DNA of 64,000 nt from an uncultured Gammaproteobacteria bacterium (GCA_965230895.1 OZ246394.1:633316-697315); one strand, 5' to 3'. Numbered from the stretch's first letter, positions 8,686 through 18,625 are shown. Translations and numbers: made by a program. The notes: generated from the sequence alone by a model not told the origin.

Positions 8686-10683
8686 ATGAAATTTCAGATC
8701 GAATCAAAATTTAAACCTACAGGAGATCAGCCAAAGGCAATTGAAACCCTCACCGAAAACATCCAAAAAGGTGCGAAGCATCAAACACTTTTGGGTGTAA
8801 CCGGTAGTGGAAAAACCTTTACCATGGCGAACACGATTCAAAACGTACAAAAGCCAACGTTGATCATTTCGCATAATAAAACACTTGCAGGACAACTGTA
8901 TCAAGAATTCCGGGACTTTTTCCCGAACAATGCAGTTTCGTACTTTGTTTCATATTATGACTACTACCAACCTGAAGCATATATGCCTCAAACAGATACA
9001 TATATCGAAAAAGAATCTGAGATTAATGAAGAAATTGATCGGTTACGATTGGCAGCGACAACGAATCTGCTCACTCGAAAAGATGTCATTGTGGTAGCAT
9101 CTGTTTCTTGTATTTATAACTTAGGTTCACCAGTCGAATATGGAAAGTTTGTACTCGAATTAAAAAAAGGCATGAAAATCAGACAATCAGATATTCTTGT
9201 CAGATTAACTGATTTGCAATATGAACGAAATGATTATGAATTCCGCCGTGGATCATTCCGTGTCCGTGGAAACGCAATTGACCTTTTCCCTGCATATGTT
9301 GAGCATGGAATAAGGATCGAAGTGAGTGACTTTGTGACGACAATGTACGAATTCAATCCGCTTACTGGAGATATCATCAATGGACTTGAGGCAACGATAA
9401 TTTATCCGGCTAAGCATTATATGACCGATCCAAAAACCTACCATGATGCTTTTGCAAGAATAAACTCGGATTTGGATCGACGCGTCGCTGAATTAAAAAA
9501 GGAAAACAAACTCCTTGAAGCACAACGATTGGCGCAACGAACCCACTATGACCTTGAAATGATCAAGGAAGTCGGCTATGTAAATGGTATTGAGAACTAT
9601 TCAATGTATTTTGAAGATCGTCCACCAGGTTCTCCTCCATATTCATTAATTGATTATTTCCAGGCAGCATCCGATGATTGGCTGCTTCTTATCGATGAAT
9701 CTCATATTACTATCCCGCAACTTCGAGGTATGTACAATGGTGACCAAGCACGTAAAAGAACACTGATTGATTATGGTTTTCGTTTACCCTCAGCCCTGGA
9801 TAACCGTCCGCTCAAATTTGATGAATTCATGCGTAAGACAAATCAAATCGTGTATGTCTCAGCAACACCAGACGATTATGAAGTTTCACTTTCTCAAGAA
9901 ACTGAAAACGGCATCGTTGAGCAATTGATCAGGCCAACAGGCCTGGTAGATCCTGAAATTATCATTAAACCTAGTGCAGGACAGATTGAAGATCTTCTTA
10001 AAGAGATTAATGAAAGAGTTGCAAAAAAACAGCGTATTTTAGTCACGACTTTGACCAAACGAATGGCTGAGGAACTAACCAGTTATTTAGAAGAAAAAGG
10101 AGTAAAAGTTGCATACCTTCACTCAGATATTGTCACGCTGCAACGGCAGGATGTTCTGGATAATTTGCGTGTCGGTGAATATGATGTTGTAGTAGGAATT
10201 AACCTTTTACGTGAAGGTTTGGACTTGCCTGAAGTTTCTCTCGTAGCAATACTCGATGCAGACAAAGAAGGGTTCCTAAGATCAAGAACATCATTAATTC
10301 AAACCATGGGGCGAGCAGCAAGAAACGTTGATGCAAAAGTTATTATGTATGCTGATCGTATAACTAAATCAATGCAAGCAGCAATTGATGAAGGCGAGCG
10401 CCGTCGTACAATCCAACTTGCATATAACAAAGAGCATAATATTACGCCGAAGACGATTAATAAAGCAATTCGTGCAAAACTCGTTGATCAAAAAGAAGAG
10501 GAAGCAAAAGCAACCGTTGAGTCATTAATGCAATTTAGCGCTAAGGATGTTTTACTGCCAGATGAACGGGAGGATTTATTGAAACAACTTCGTAAAGAAA
10601 TGAAGGGTGCAGCTGAACGATTGGATTTTGAAATGGCGATTGCGCTGAGAGATAAAATCAAGCAAGTTCAGAAAAAGAAGTAA
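8686..10683 (+). CDS. uvrB: Excinuclease ABC subunit B.
   Basis: The 665-aa protein has Walker A GVTGSGKTFTMAN, helicase motifs, and a C-terminal UVR domain (EMAIALRDKI). Confidence 0.9.
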   Translation: MKFQIESKFKPTGDQPKAIETLTENIQKGAKHQTLLGVTGSGKTFTMANTIQNVQKPTLIISHNKTLAGQLYQEFRDFFPNNAVSYFVSYYDYYQPEAYMPQTDTYIEKESEINEEIDRLRLAATTNLLTRKDVIVVASVSCIYNLGSPVEYGKFVLELKKGMKIRQSDILVRLTDLQYERNDYEFRRGSFRVRGNAIDLFPAYVEHGIRIEVSDFVTTMYEFNPLTGDIINGLEATIIYPAKHYMTDPKTYHDAFARINSDLDRRVAELKKENKLLEAQRLAQRTHYDLEMIKEVGYVNGIENYSMYFEDRPPGSPPYSLIDYFQAASDDWLLLIDESHITIPQLRGMYNGDQARKRTLIDYGFRLPSALDNRPLKFDEFMRKTNQIVYVSATPDDYEVSLSQETENGIVEQLIRPTGLVDPEIIIKPSAGQIEDLLKEINERVAKKQRILVTTLTKRMAEELTSYLEEKGVKVAYLHSDIVTLQRQDVLDNLRVGEYDVVVGINLLREGLDLPEVSLVAILDADKEGFLRSRTSLIQTMGRAARNVDAKVIMYADRITKSMQAAIDEGERRRTIQLAYNKEHNITPKTINKAIRAKLVDQKEEEAKATVESLMQFSAKDVLLPDEREDLLKQLRKEMKGAAERLDFEMAIALRDKIKQVQKKK

Positions 10684-10684
10684 T

Positions 10685-11383
10685 TTACTTTTGCTTTCTT
10701 ACCCTGACATATGCATCACTTGCCGTGATTCGTTGCTGCAAAGCATCTAGTGAAGATCCTTTAGAACCTTTGAAAACAGCCACGATTGGAGCTGTATTAT
10801 CGACAAAGTCTCGTAGGCGAACATCATCTCGTACCTTCGAGTATCGCACTTCTAATCTCTTTCCAACTTCTGGTTTACCCATTACCCGCGCTCCTTGATC
10901 AAAATGCAATTGAGGATTATTTTCATTCGCAACTTCAGGGAGTGGTTCCCAACCAATTGCTGTACCTAACTCACTCGGAAGCAATCCGCCCTGACCTAAC
11001 ATAAGAACACTCCCCTTACTCGTTATACAAGCGAATTCTGATCTTTGAAACTCTCCATTGTGAGGCTCGTAATGCATTTGTTGTATATCCTGAAAACCTT
11101 CTTCAGCCATGAGTTTTGGGACAACAGCTTGGCGGATTAACCATGTTCGAGCAATTTCGTTATGAAGACTTTCATCGAATACATCTCCTGCCTCTTTTGC
11201 TTTTTCCATGACCATTGCATCAATAAATCTTTTATATTCTTTTGGAACCTCTCGATAATAATTTCCCTGAGCTTTATCATCAATTTCAGTTATTGCTTCT
11301 TCTGTTAATAACTCTGTGCGAAAAATGTGCTCTGACTCAGCAATAGATGGAGGAACGACAGTTTTAAGCTCAAATTCTTTCAT
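10685..11383 (-). CDS. Hypothetical protein, probably co-transcribed downstream of pyk.
   Basis: The 232-aa ORF is on the same strand as pyk and ends 2 nt from it. It has no recognizable motifs. Confidence 0.4.
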   Translation of the reverse strand: MKEFELKTVVPPSIAESEHIFRTELLTEEAITEIDDKAQGNYYREVPKEYKRFIDAMVMEKAKEAGDVFDESLHNEIARTWLIRQAVVPKLMAEEGFQDIQQMHYEPHNGEFQRSEFACITSKGSVLMLGQGGLLPSELGTAIGWEPLPEVANENNPQLHFDQGARVMGKPEVGKRLEVRYSKVRDDVRLRDFVDNTAPIVAVFKGSKGSSLDALQQRITASDAYVRVRKQK

Positions 11384-11406
11384 GGTAAAAGAGGGTGAAA
11401 AAAGCG

Positions 11407-12807
11407 CTACGCTCTTTCGACGAAGATCATGTTTGTAGTTCCCACTTCTCCAAATGGTAAACCAGCTGCAATAACAAAAGGTTGTCCAGCCTTTAATTGG
11501 TGGACAGGGTTATTAACAGCGATATGCTTTGCTTGCTTTCGGAAATCCTCAAAGCCTTTTGTAGCTTTGATTTCCATTGGATATACTCCCCATGTGAAGT
11601 TCAATTTACGTACTGAAGCAGCGTTTGGTGAAGCAGCGATGATTTGCTCCTTGTGTCGATGACGTGAGATATTTCGAGCACATCGTCCTGACTCAGTGAA
11701 AGCGATGATAAGTTCTGCTCCAATCTGGTCAGCAATATCGCCTGCTGAAGCACTTACAGCATGACTTATTGAAGAATTTTCGTTGAAATCCAAATGATCT
11801 CGATGCTTTACAGCCTCGCGAATAATGTTTGACATTGTTTCAACAGTTTCAACTGGAAATTGGCCTCGAGCTGTTTCAGCTGAAAGCATGACACAATCTG
11901 TACCATCCAAAATAGCATTTGCAACGTCAGTTACTTCTGCTCTTGTTGGGATTGAACGACTGACCATTGATTCAAGCATTTGTGTCGCAGTAATAACTGG
12001 CTTTGATTTACTCAAGCAAAGGTTAATAAGATCTTTTTGAATGTGAGGAACTTTTGCCATTGGGACTGCAAGTCCCATATCACCTCGAGCGACCATAAGA
12101 GCATCTGCAACTTCAAGAATTGATTCTGCATTTTCAACTCCGCCTGCTGTTTCAATCTTTGCAACAGTCATGATTGGAGAATTCTTTGGAAGGAGAGCTT
12201 TAACTTCATTAACATCATCAGCTGATTGTACAAATGAAAGTGCAAGCGCATCAACTTCCATCTTTACCATAAGCTTGATAGAATTTTTATCCTTTTCTGA
12301 AATACCAGTCTTACTCAACGCAATACCTTCAGCGAGGAAACCTTTTCGTGAAAGAAGCGGACCTCCCACAGTAACAACAGCTTCAATTCCTTCTTTTGTT
12401 TTCTTTTCAGCACGAAGTTTAATCGCTCCATCATCAACATAAATTTCTGCACCTGGTTCAATCATGTCGATAATATCTGCATAATTTAATGAGAATTTTT
12501 CTGCTGTACCAGTGATGTGTTCTCGAACGATAGTAACTTTGTGGCCTTTAACCAATTCAGCACCTTCAACAATTTCTTCAATACGGATTTTTGGACCTGC
12601 TAAATCACCCATGATAGCAACTGGTCGTCCTGCTGCCTTTTCTGCTTTACGAATCCATGAAAATCTATTATCAATTTCTTCTTGAGTTGCATGTGAGAGG
12701 TTAATACGGAAAACATCGACTCCTGCATTCACTAATGCGAGAACTGTTTCATAACTATCACTTGAAGGACCGGTGGTCGCTACTATTTTAACTGGTTTCA
12801 TCTTCAT
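11407..12807 (-). CDS. pyk: Pyruvate kinase.
   Basis: The N-terminus KIVATTGPSS...RINLSH and the MVARGDLG motif place it in the PK family. The protein is 466 aa. Confidence 0.85.
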   Translation of the reverse strand: MKMKPVKIVATTGPSSDSYETVLALVNAGVDVFRINLSHATQEEIDNRFSWIRKAEKAAGRPVAIMGDLAGPKIRIEEIVEGAELVKGHKVTIVREHITGTAEKFSLNYADIIDMIEPGAEIYVDDGAIKLRAEKKTKEGIEAVVTVGGPLLSRKGFLAEGIALSKTGISEKDKNSIKLMVKMEVDALALSFVQSADDVNEVKALLPKNSPIMTVAKIETAGGVENAESILEVADALMVARGDMGLAVPMAKVPHIQKDLINLCLSKSKPVITATQMLESMVSRSIPTRAEVTDVANAILDGTDCVMLSAETARGQFPVETVETMSNIIREAVKHRDHLDFNENSSISHAVSASAGDIADQIGAELIIAFTESGRCARNISRHRHKEQIIAASPNAASVRKLNFTWGVYPMEIKATKGFEDFRKQAKHIAVNNPVHQLKAGQPFVIAAGLPFGEVGTTNMIFVERA

Positions 12808-12854
12808 AAAAATTAAGAGCCCGGATCAAGTCCGGGACAACATTAAGTATATAC

Positions 12855-13238
12855 CTAACTGATGTTTTTGACAAGGTCTATTGTTAAAAGCTCGTTTTTG
12901 GCATTTAAAATGACTCCAATTGCGTCGATTCTCATGAGATTTGGCAATTTTGGATGATTCATCTTATAAAAATGTGCGGCCCGAATTAAGGTCTTTACCT
13001 TATAATATCCAATTGCTTCAAAGGGCGTTCCGAAATCATTTGATGTGCGAGTTTTTACTTCAATAAAAACGAGAGTTTTTATCCCTAAAGGTGATGTCTC
13101 AATCGCAACAATATCAATCTCTCCACCTCGAATCCTAAAGTTGCGAGTGATAATCTCATAACCATTCCTTCGAAGATAGGATGCTGCAAGCTCTTCTCCC
13201 CTTTTTCCTTCATCCAACTTATCTACTTTCACAGACAA
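12855..13238 (-). CDS. YraN family (UPF0102) endonuclease-like protein.
   Basis: GEELAASYLRRNGYEIITRNFRIRGGEIDIVA matches the YraN signature. Confidence 0.7.
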   Translation of the reverse strand: MSVKVDKLDEGKRGEELAASYLRRNGYEIITRNFRIRGGEIDIVAIETSPLGIKTLVFIEVKTRTSNDFGTPFEAIGYYKVKTLIRAAHFYKMNHPKLPNLMRIDAIGVILNAKNELLTIDLVKNIS

Positions 13239-13267
13239 ATCATATAATTAAATGAGACATTTGTCTA

Positions 13268-13534
13268 TTATAAATCTTTGAGGAATTCTAAAACTTTTCG
13301 TCCTCGAGGAGTTATCGTATGGAGGACAAAATTTGCATCATTCGTTTTAACAATAAGTCCAGCCAGCATTAGTCGGCGTAAGTGTTCACTTGCAGTTTTG
13401 AAATTGATATCCAAGCGTTGAGAGATCTCTTGCAATGAAAGTTCGGACTCTCCTTCAAGAAGATCCAATATATCCAGCCGACGATGATTAGCAAAACCTT
13501 TTACAATTGTTTCGAGTTCAGTATTTGTATGCAT
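13268..13534 (-). CDS. ArsR/SmtB-family HTH transcriptional regulator.
   Basis: It is 88 aa, with HRRLDILDLL...LSLQEISQRLDINFKTASEHLRRLMLAGLI. Confidence 0.65.
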   Translation of the reverse strand: MHTNTELETIVKGFANHRRLDILDLLEGESELSLQEISQRLDINFKTASEHLRRLMLAGLIVKTNDANFVLHTITPRGRKVLEFLKDL

Positions 13535-13612
13535 ACAAGAGACTAACTTATTGATGAGATATTCTCAATTTCTTAAGAATATAAGCTAACTATACCACTT
13601 TCCTAAAATTTT

Positions 13613-13641
13613 GCAAAAAAAATCCCGATCAATGTCGGGAT
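13613..13641 (-). terminator. Rho-independent terminator downstream of rplS.
   Basis: The minus strand has a TCCCGA-CATTGA-TCGGGA hairpin followed by an 8-nt T run. Confidence 0.5.
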
Positions 13642-13664
13642 GAGTTGAATCAAAAGCTTAAACC

Positions 13665-13952
13665 TTAGTCTAATTTCTTTGATTTAAGGTATGTTAACTT
13701 TGCTCTTCGGATTCTTTTCTTTGGCTTTGCATCAACTTCGATCTTTTCAATATTTGGAGAATCTACAGGCCAAATACGCTCAACAGCAATTTGTCCAACC
13801 ATCTTTTGAACGGTGAACATCTTATTGCCTGTTCGGCCCTTAATTCCGAGAACTACACCTTTAAAGATCTGAATACGAGTCTTGTCGCCTTCTTGAATCT
13901 TCTGGTGAACTTTAATAGTATCTCCTGGTGCGAAATTAATTGTTTGCAACAT
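13665..13952 (-). CDS. rplS: 50S ribosomal protein L19.
   Basis: FAPGDTIKVHQKIQEGDKTRIQIFKGVVLGIKGRTGNKMFTVQKM is the L19 signature. Confidence 0.85.
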   Translation of the reverse strand: MLQTINFAPGDTIKVHQKIQEGDKTRIQIFKGVVLGIKGRTGNKMFTVQKMVGQIAVERIWPVDSPNIEKIEVDAKPKKRIRRAKLTYLKSKKLD

Positions 13953-14000
13953 ATTTGTGTATTATAGCGAAAATCCTCGCATTACTCAAGCTTTAAAATA

Positions 14001-15674
14001 TTATTTGTTCTTTGCGGCAGCTGCGACCAATCCGAGGAACACTGGATGTGGTTTGAGAGGACGACTTTTGTACTCTGGATGACCTTGTGTACCAATATAA
14101 TATGGATGACCTGGAATTTCGATAATTTCGACTAAACCCTCTTGCACTGATCGAGCTGAAATAACAAGTCCAGCTTTTTCTAAATCTTCAGCGTACTTTC
14201 CATTTACTTCATATCGATGTCGATGACGTTCTGATGTCAGACCTTTTGACTCATCAATGAACTGATCGTACTTTTTGTAGAGGTCCCAAGCCAAGGTTTT
14301 TTTCTTTACTTTTGCGTCCCATCCACCCAAACGCATCGTTCCACCATAAGCTCGTCTTTCCATCAATTCTTTTTGCGTAGGAATCATATAAATGACTGGA
14401 TGCTTACTTTTAGCCACGTTTTCAGTAGTATTTGCATCCCGCCATTTTAGCACTCCTCGAGCGAAAGCGATAACTGCGAGTTGCATACCGTAACAAAGAC
14501 CCAAATATGGGATGTTCTGTGTACGTGCATAATCTGCTGCTGCGATCATCCCTTCAGCGCCTCTTTCACCCCAACCGATTGGGACGATAATGGCATCAGG
14601 AGTACCGATAATTTTCTCTGCACCTTCTTTTTCAATCTTCTCTGCATTAACCCAATGTGTCTTTATATTGACGCCCTCAGCCCAACCAGCATGATCAATT
14701 GCATCAAAAAGTGCTGCATATGAATCACGCAATTGATATTCGCCAGTTCCAAAGTATTTTCCAATGATTGCTATATCAATTGTCTTCTTCTTTGGTGCTT
14801 TGACTTTCTCAACAAATTTCTTCCATTCTTTCAGTTTTGGTTCTTTATATGGCAAATTGAATTTACCAAGAATTCGACGAACAATACCCTGCTCATGCAT
14901 GACAAGTGGGATTTCGTAAACCGTATCTAAGTCAGGATTAGAGATAATATCTTCTGGATGCATGTTACAGAACAATGCGAAACGATCCTTTCTGCGCTGA
15001 TCTATTGGCTTTTCAGAGCGTGCAATGATGAAATCTGGCTGAATACCCATTGAATTTAATGTCTTTACTGAAAGCTGTGTAGGCTTTGTCTTTGGCTCAC
15101 CCAAATGCCCAGGCGTTGGAACATAACTTACATGGATATGAATGACGTCGCCAGGATTTCGCAAAGTCATAATACGAGAAGCTTCATAATACAAAACATT
15201 TTGATATTCTCCAGCTGTACCACCAAGTTCAATCAAAACAATATCTGCGTCCTTTTTCTCACCAAGTCCTTTTATTCGGGAAATAATTTCATCTGTAATA
15301 TGAGGAATAGCCTCGACATCTTCACCTTTGTATTCAAACCGGCGCTCTCGATCTATAACCGTTTGGTAGATTCGACCAATTGTCACAAAACTATCTTTAT
15401 CCATCTCAACATCAAGGAATTTTTCATATGTTCCGATGTCCATATCGCCTTCTGTGCCATCCTCACAAAGGAAGGGATCACCGTGTTCAATAGGATTAAT
15501 AGTACCTGCATCAAGGTTGAGATAGTTTTCAAATTTAATAGGGGCAACTGTAAAGCCTGCTTGTTTTAAGAGGAAAGCAATGGAGGCCGATGTAAGGCCT
15601 TTACCGATTCCGGAAATTACTCCTCCGGAAACAAATATATATTTCGTATGCTTTTTCAATTGTGTTCGGGGCAC
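14001..15674 (-). CDS. pyrG: CTP synthase.
   Basis: The N-terminus has the ammonia ligase P-loop (KYIFVSGGVISGIGKG). The C-terminus has GATase1 (GLCYGMQLAV, with the Cys-His-Glu triad). Confidence 0.9.
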   Translation of the reverse strand: MPRTQLKKHTKYIFVSGGVISGIGKGLTSASIAFLLKQAGFTVAPIKFENYLNLDAGTINPIEHGDPFLCEDGTEGDMDIGTYEKFLDVEMDKDSFVTIGRIYQTVIDRERRFEYKGEDVEAIPHITDEIISRIKGLGEKKDADIVLIELGGTAGEYQNVLYYEASRIMTLRNPGDVIHIHVSYVPTPGHLGEPKTKPTQLSVKTLNSMGIQPDFIIARSEKPIDQRRKDRFALFCNMHPEDIISNPDLDTVYEIPLVMHEQGIVRRILGKFNLPYKEPKLKEWKKFVEKVKAPKKKTIDIAIIGKYFGTGEYQLRDSYAALFDAIDHAGWAEGVNIKTHWVNAEKIEKEGAEKIIGTPDAIIVPIGWGERGAEGMIAAADYARTQNIPYLGLCYGMQLAVIAFARGVLKWRDANTTENVAKSKHPVIYMIPTQKELMERRAYGGTMRLGGWDAKVKKKTLAWDLYKKYDQFIDESKGLTSERHRHRYEVNGKYAEDLEKAGLVISARSVQEGLVEIIEIPGHPYYIGTQGHPEYKSRPLKPHPVFLGLVAAAAKNK

Positions 15675-15715
15675 GATTTATGTTACCAAATCAAACTAAA
15701 TGTGTCAATAAGATC

Positions 15716-16144
15716 TTATTTGATAAGTTTAACCTCATCGACATCTAGAACGACTAAGGGCTCATCAATACTTTTACAAACATTCTGCACACATTGCATT
15801 GATGCACTGACGAACCTTCCGTTAGTAATTATTGCTGGCTTATCTTCAAAAGACTGTAAGTCCAAAGCAGTTTTACCGACAGTTACACTAAAGAAATTCT
15901 TTGAACCATGCTGGTCATTTAAAACCACATTATCACCTTTATAATTAACGCAATAAATTTCACGGTTTTGAACTGGAGTTTCATCCCAACCTTGAATTGG
16001 ACATTGTTTGGTAATAATGTATTCTCCTTGCGCATTATTCAAAGGAAAAAACTGTGGAGGGATATCAAGAAAATACTTCCAAAAGAAGACACCAATAGCA
16101 AAAAAGAAAATAATTGTAAAAATAAGGCCCAACTTTTTCATCAA
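15716..16144 (-). CDS. Hypothetical membrane-anchored or secreted protein.
   Basis: It is 142 aa with an N-terminal TM helix (LGLIFTIIFFFAIGVFFW). Confidence 0.4.
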   Translation of the reverse strand: MMKKLGLIFTIIFFFAIGVFFWKYFLDIPPQFFPLNNAQGEYIITKQCPIQGWDETPVQNREIYCVNYKGDNVVLNDQHGSKNFFSVTVGKTALDLQSFEDKPAIITNGRFVSASMQCVQNVCKSIDEPLVVLDVDEVKLIK

Positions 16145-16197
16145 AGATAAGTAAGGCAGATTTGGAGCGGGCCGCCGAAGCGAGCCTCGCTCTTTTA

Positions 16198-16243
16198 GAG
16201 CGGGCGATGGGAGTCGGACCCACTGCCTTATTCTTGGTAACAG
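16198..16243. repeat. Distal att-like direct repeat: a copy of the 3' half of tRNA-Gly(CCC). 32 nt are exact, then the match degenerates.
   Basis: The sequence is identical to 22480-22511 and 40997-41028, at 16198-16229. A tRNA-3'-end-like TGGAGCGGGC fragment and a GC hairpin precede it at 16168-16195. Confidence 0.7.
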
Positions 16244-16311
16244 GATGTTCTATTCAAAAACTCATCGAATAACTCTGCAATTTTAACAAGAAACCATGGG
16301 GTAATCAACGG

Positions 16312-16833
16312 CTATAAGGACTTAATTTTAGAATTGTTAATAGCTTCTGATATCTGTCTCGATATTTCACTTATTTGGTAGTCTCTTGTAATATGAACAT
16401 GAAGCATGGGAATATTTACATCACCAAATACATTGTCTACAAGTTCATCCCGTAAGCTTCTATTCTTTTCATTATGACTTCCTCCGTCCAATTCAACAAT
16501 TAATAAAGGATTAAATGTAGCTCTATCACAAATGACAAAATCTACATGTTTCTGAGTTATTTTATTAAGCATCGGCCAATAATCTTTGTCAGACTTATCA
16601 ATCGCCATAGTTACTAAATCTGCAATTCTAACTTTTGGGCAAATATACATCTGAGGAGTCACGGCTTGAGCCAAAACATCAAAAAATCTTTTTTCTCCAT
16701 CATTAAGTAAAGAAGTACCTTTCTGTTTATATACTCTTCTCCACTTTTTTTTTGAGGTGAAATATATGATAACTCCTAGAGCAATCAATATTCCTAAAAG
16801 AATTAGTATTAGAAAAATATTATTATTTATCAT
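16312..16833 (-). CDS. DUF2726-like membrane-anchored protein (predicted PD-(D/E)xK-type nuclease fold).
   Basis: It has an N-terminal TM helix, then KRFFDVL...HVDFVICD...IVELDGGSH. It is about 70% identical to the paralog at 29330-29857. Confidence 0.6.
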   Translation of the reverse strand: MINNNIFLILILLGILIALGVIIYFTSKKKWRRVYKQKGTSLLNDGEKRFFDVLAQAVTPQMYICPKVRIADLVTMAIDKSDKDYWPMLNKITQKHVDFVICDRATFNPLLIVELDGGSHNEKNRSLRDELVDNVFGDVNIPMLHVHITRDYQISEISRQISEAINNSKIKSL

Positions 16834-16837
16834 AGTT

Positions 16838-18625
16838 TTACCAATATAGTGTACTATTAGCCTTCAACTGGTACTCCTTTATTCTTTTATCTCTCGGATT
16901 TTCGAAATAAAGAATATATGCCATCCCCTTATTCGCTGCTGGGCTGTTAGGATTAAGTATTAATGCTTTTTGATTAAATTCCTTTGCCTTTGAAAGATAG
17001 TTCATATTAAAAAGGAATGTGCCGAGGTTAGTATAGGCATCAAAGCTTGCGTATTGGTAGTCCTTCAAATCTAACTTAGCCAAATCAATTGGCTGTAAGC
17101 CCAACTCCTGTTGTACCTCGGTCTTTACAAAGACGATCATGAATTGATCAAGGAATACGATCTTCCACTCAGGATCTTTATTCATAGCATTGAAAAATGC
17201 TAGTGTTTCTTTATTCTGGTCAAGGATTGAGAAGATGACTGTTTTTATCCCCTTCTCCTGCTCAAGCTTTTTAAACTTTTTGTAGCCTGCCAGTACAGGC
17301 AGATATTCTTCAGTGAAGTATGTGGCAGGATATGCCTCAGGTCTTCCATCGACAGAAACTTTGTATTCGGGATACCCACGGTAAAAGATGTAACTCCCAA
17401 TATTGAAGTTATTAAATATCGGCTGAGGTAACTTATTTGTAAGTACATAATCCATCGCTGGCTTTGCGTCTTCTGTGAACTCAAGTTTTGGCGTCCAGGT
17501 ACGATAGGTTAAAGCATAATAGGAACCATTAAGGTAAAGTATCGCTTCGAGGATGATAAATGACGCAAGGAGAATATTGGTCATTTTAACCCAAACATTA
17601 TCCTTCATATAGTTAAAGTTCATCAGTACATATGGAAGTGAGATGAGGAAAAGATACGGGAACCCTCTCATGCTCTGCGTTGCCAATCCTAAACCCAATA
17701 AGGTAAGTAAAATATTCTTCAATGAGAACTTGGTTCTGAAAAAACTTGCATAGATTGAGGCAAGAACAATAAACGCTGCCATGTAATAAAACCCAAAGTC
17801 TGGATTTACAAAATTTGTTTCCTGCAAAGCAAATATCGTTTTATTCTCTGTGATGGTGACACCGTAGTTATTGAACACTGTGAATGGGTAAATTGCTCCT
17901 TTAATGAAGTTTGGATTAATAAATGAAGCTAGAATTGAAGCAATGGTAACTCCCGTAAGTATCCATATCTGTTTACTCAACCCTGCCACATTCTGCATAT
18001 ACTTCTTAAAGAGTAAATCAGCCAAGAATATTACTTGGATAAATATCCCCACAGGAAAATAGATATGACTATTCGCCCATACTAATGATACAAAAGGCAG
18101 AGCATATATTAGCTTGGAATTATGCTTCACAAACCGCTCAAGAATGAGCAAGTGCAACACAGTAAAAAGAAAACTCAAAATCTCAGGACGCATTTCTGAT
18201 CGTCCCCTGAATAAATGGAGAAAAATAAATGAGACAGAAAAGAAAAGAGCAGATTTTGTTTTGTACGCTATGACTAAGACGATGCCGACAATAAGTAATA
18301 GGATCAAGAATTTGAACACAAGCATTGCTTGAAGCCCTATCGTGACACTTCCCAAGTAGACAAGCACTTCAAAAAGCCAATGATGGTTAACAAATGGGAA
18401 ATTGGGATAGGTGTAAGAGAAGAGATTGGTATTAGGAACTGATTGAGTATTCCAAATAATCTCCCCTAACTTTAAATGCCGCCCAAGATCTTGATTAAAG
18501 GATTGGTCATTGTGGAAGAGGAAGGAGAATGCAAGAAAAAAAAGAAGAGCAAAAGGCCAGAATTTAAAATACATTTCTTTTAACCATTTGATCTGTTTAC
18601 CATTCAAGCCTAACTTATAACTCAT
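16838..18625 (-). CDS. Polytopic membrane protein with C-terminal TPR repeats; possibly a GT-C-like glycosyltransferase.
   Basis: The 595-aa protein has at least 10 predicted TM helices and a soluble C-terminal domain with a TPR-like AKEFNQKALILNPNSPAANKGMAYILY. It is divergent from the large surface protein gene. Confidence 0.4.
   Translation of the reverse strand: MSYKLGLNGKQIKWLKEMYFKFWPFALLFFLAFSFLFHNDQSFNQDLGRHLKLGEIIWNTQSVPNTNLFSYTYPNFPFVNHHWLFEVLVYLGSVTIGLQAMLVFKFLILLLIVGIVLVIAYKTKSALFFSVSFIFLHLFRGRSEMRPEILSFLFTVLHLLILERFVKHNSKLIYALPFVSLVWANSHIYFPVGIFIQVIFLADLLFKKYMQNVAGLSKQIWILTGVTIASILASFINPNFIKGAIYPFTVFNNYGVTITENKTIFALQETNFVNPDFGFYYMAAFIVLASIYASFFRTKFSLKNILLTLLGLGLATQSMRGFPYLFLISLPYVLMNFNYMKDNVWVKMTNILLASFIILEAILYLNGSYYALTYRTWTPKLEFTEDAKPAMDYVLTNKLPQPIFNNFNIGSYIFYRGYPEYKVSVDGRPEAYPATYFTEEYLPVLAGYKKFKKLEQEKGIKTVIFSILDQNKETLAFFNAMNKDPEWKIVFLDQFMIVFVKTEVQQELGLQPIDLAKLDLKDYQYASFDAYTNLGTFLFNMNYLSKAKEFNQKALILNPNSPAANKGMAYILYFENPRDKRIKEYQLKANSTLYW

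Noticed and set aside
12808-12854. The CCCGGATCAAGTCCGGG hairpin between pyk and the YraN gene, as a terminator.
   Set aside because: The hairpin is clear, but the flanking T-run on the transcribed (minus) strand is weak (CTCTTAATTTTT). It is not called as a feature. It may be an attenuator or a simple stem-loop.
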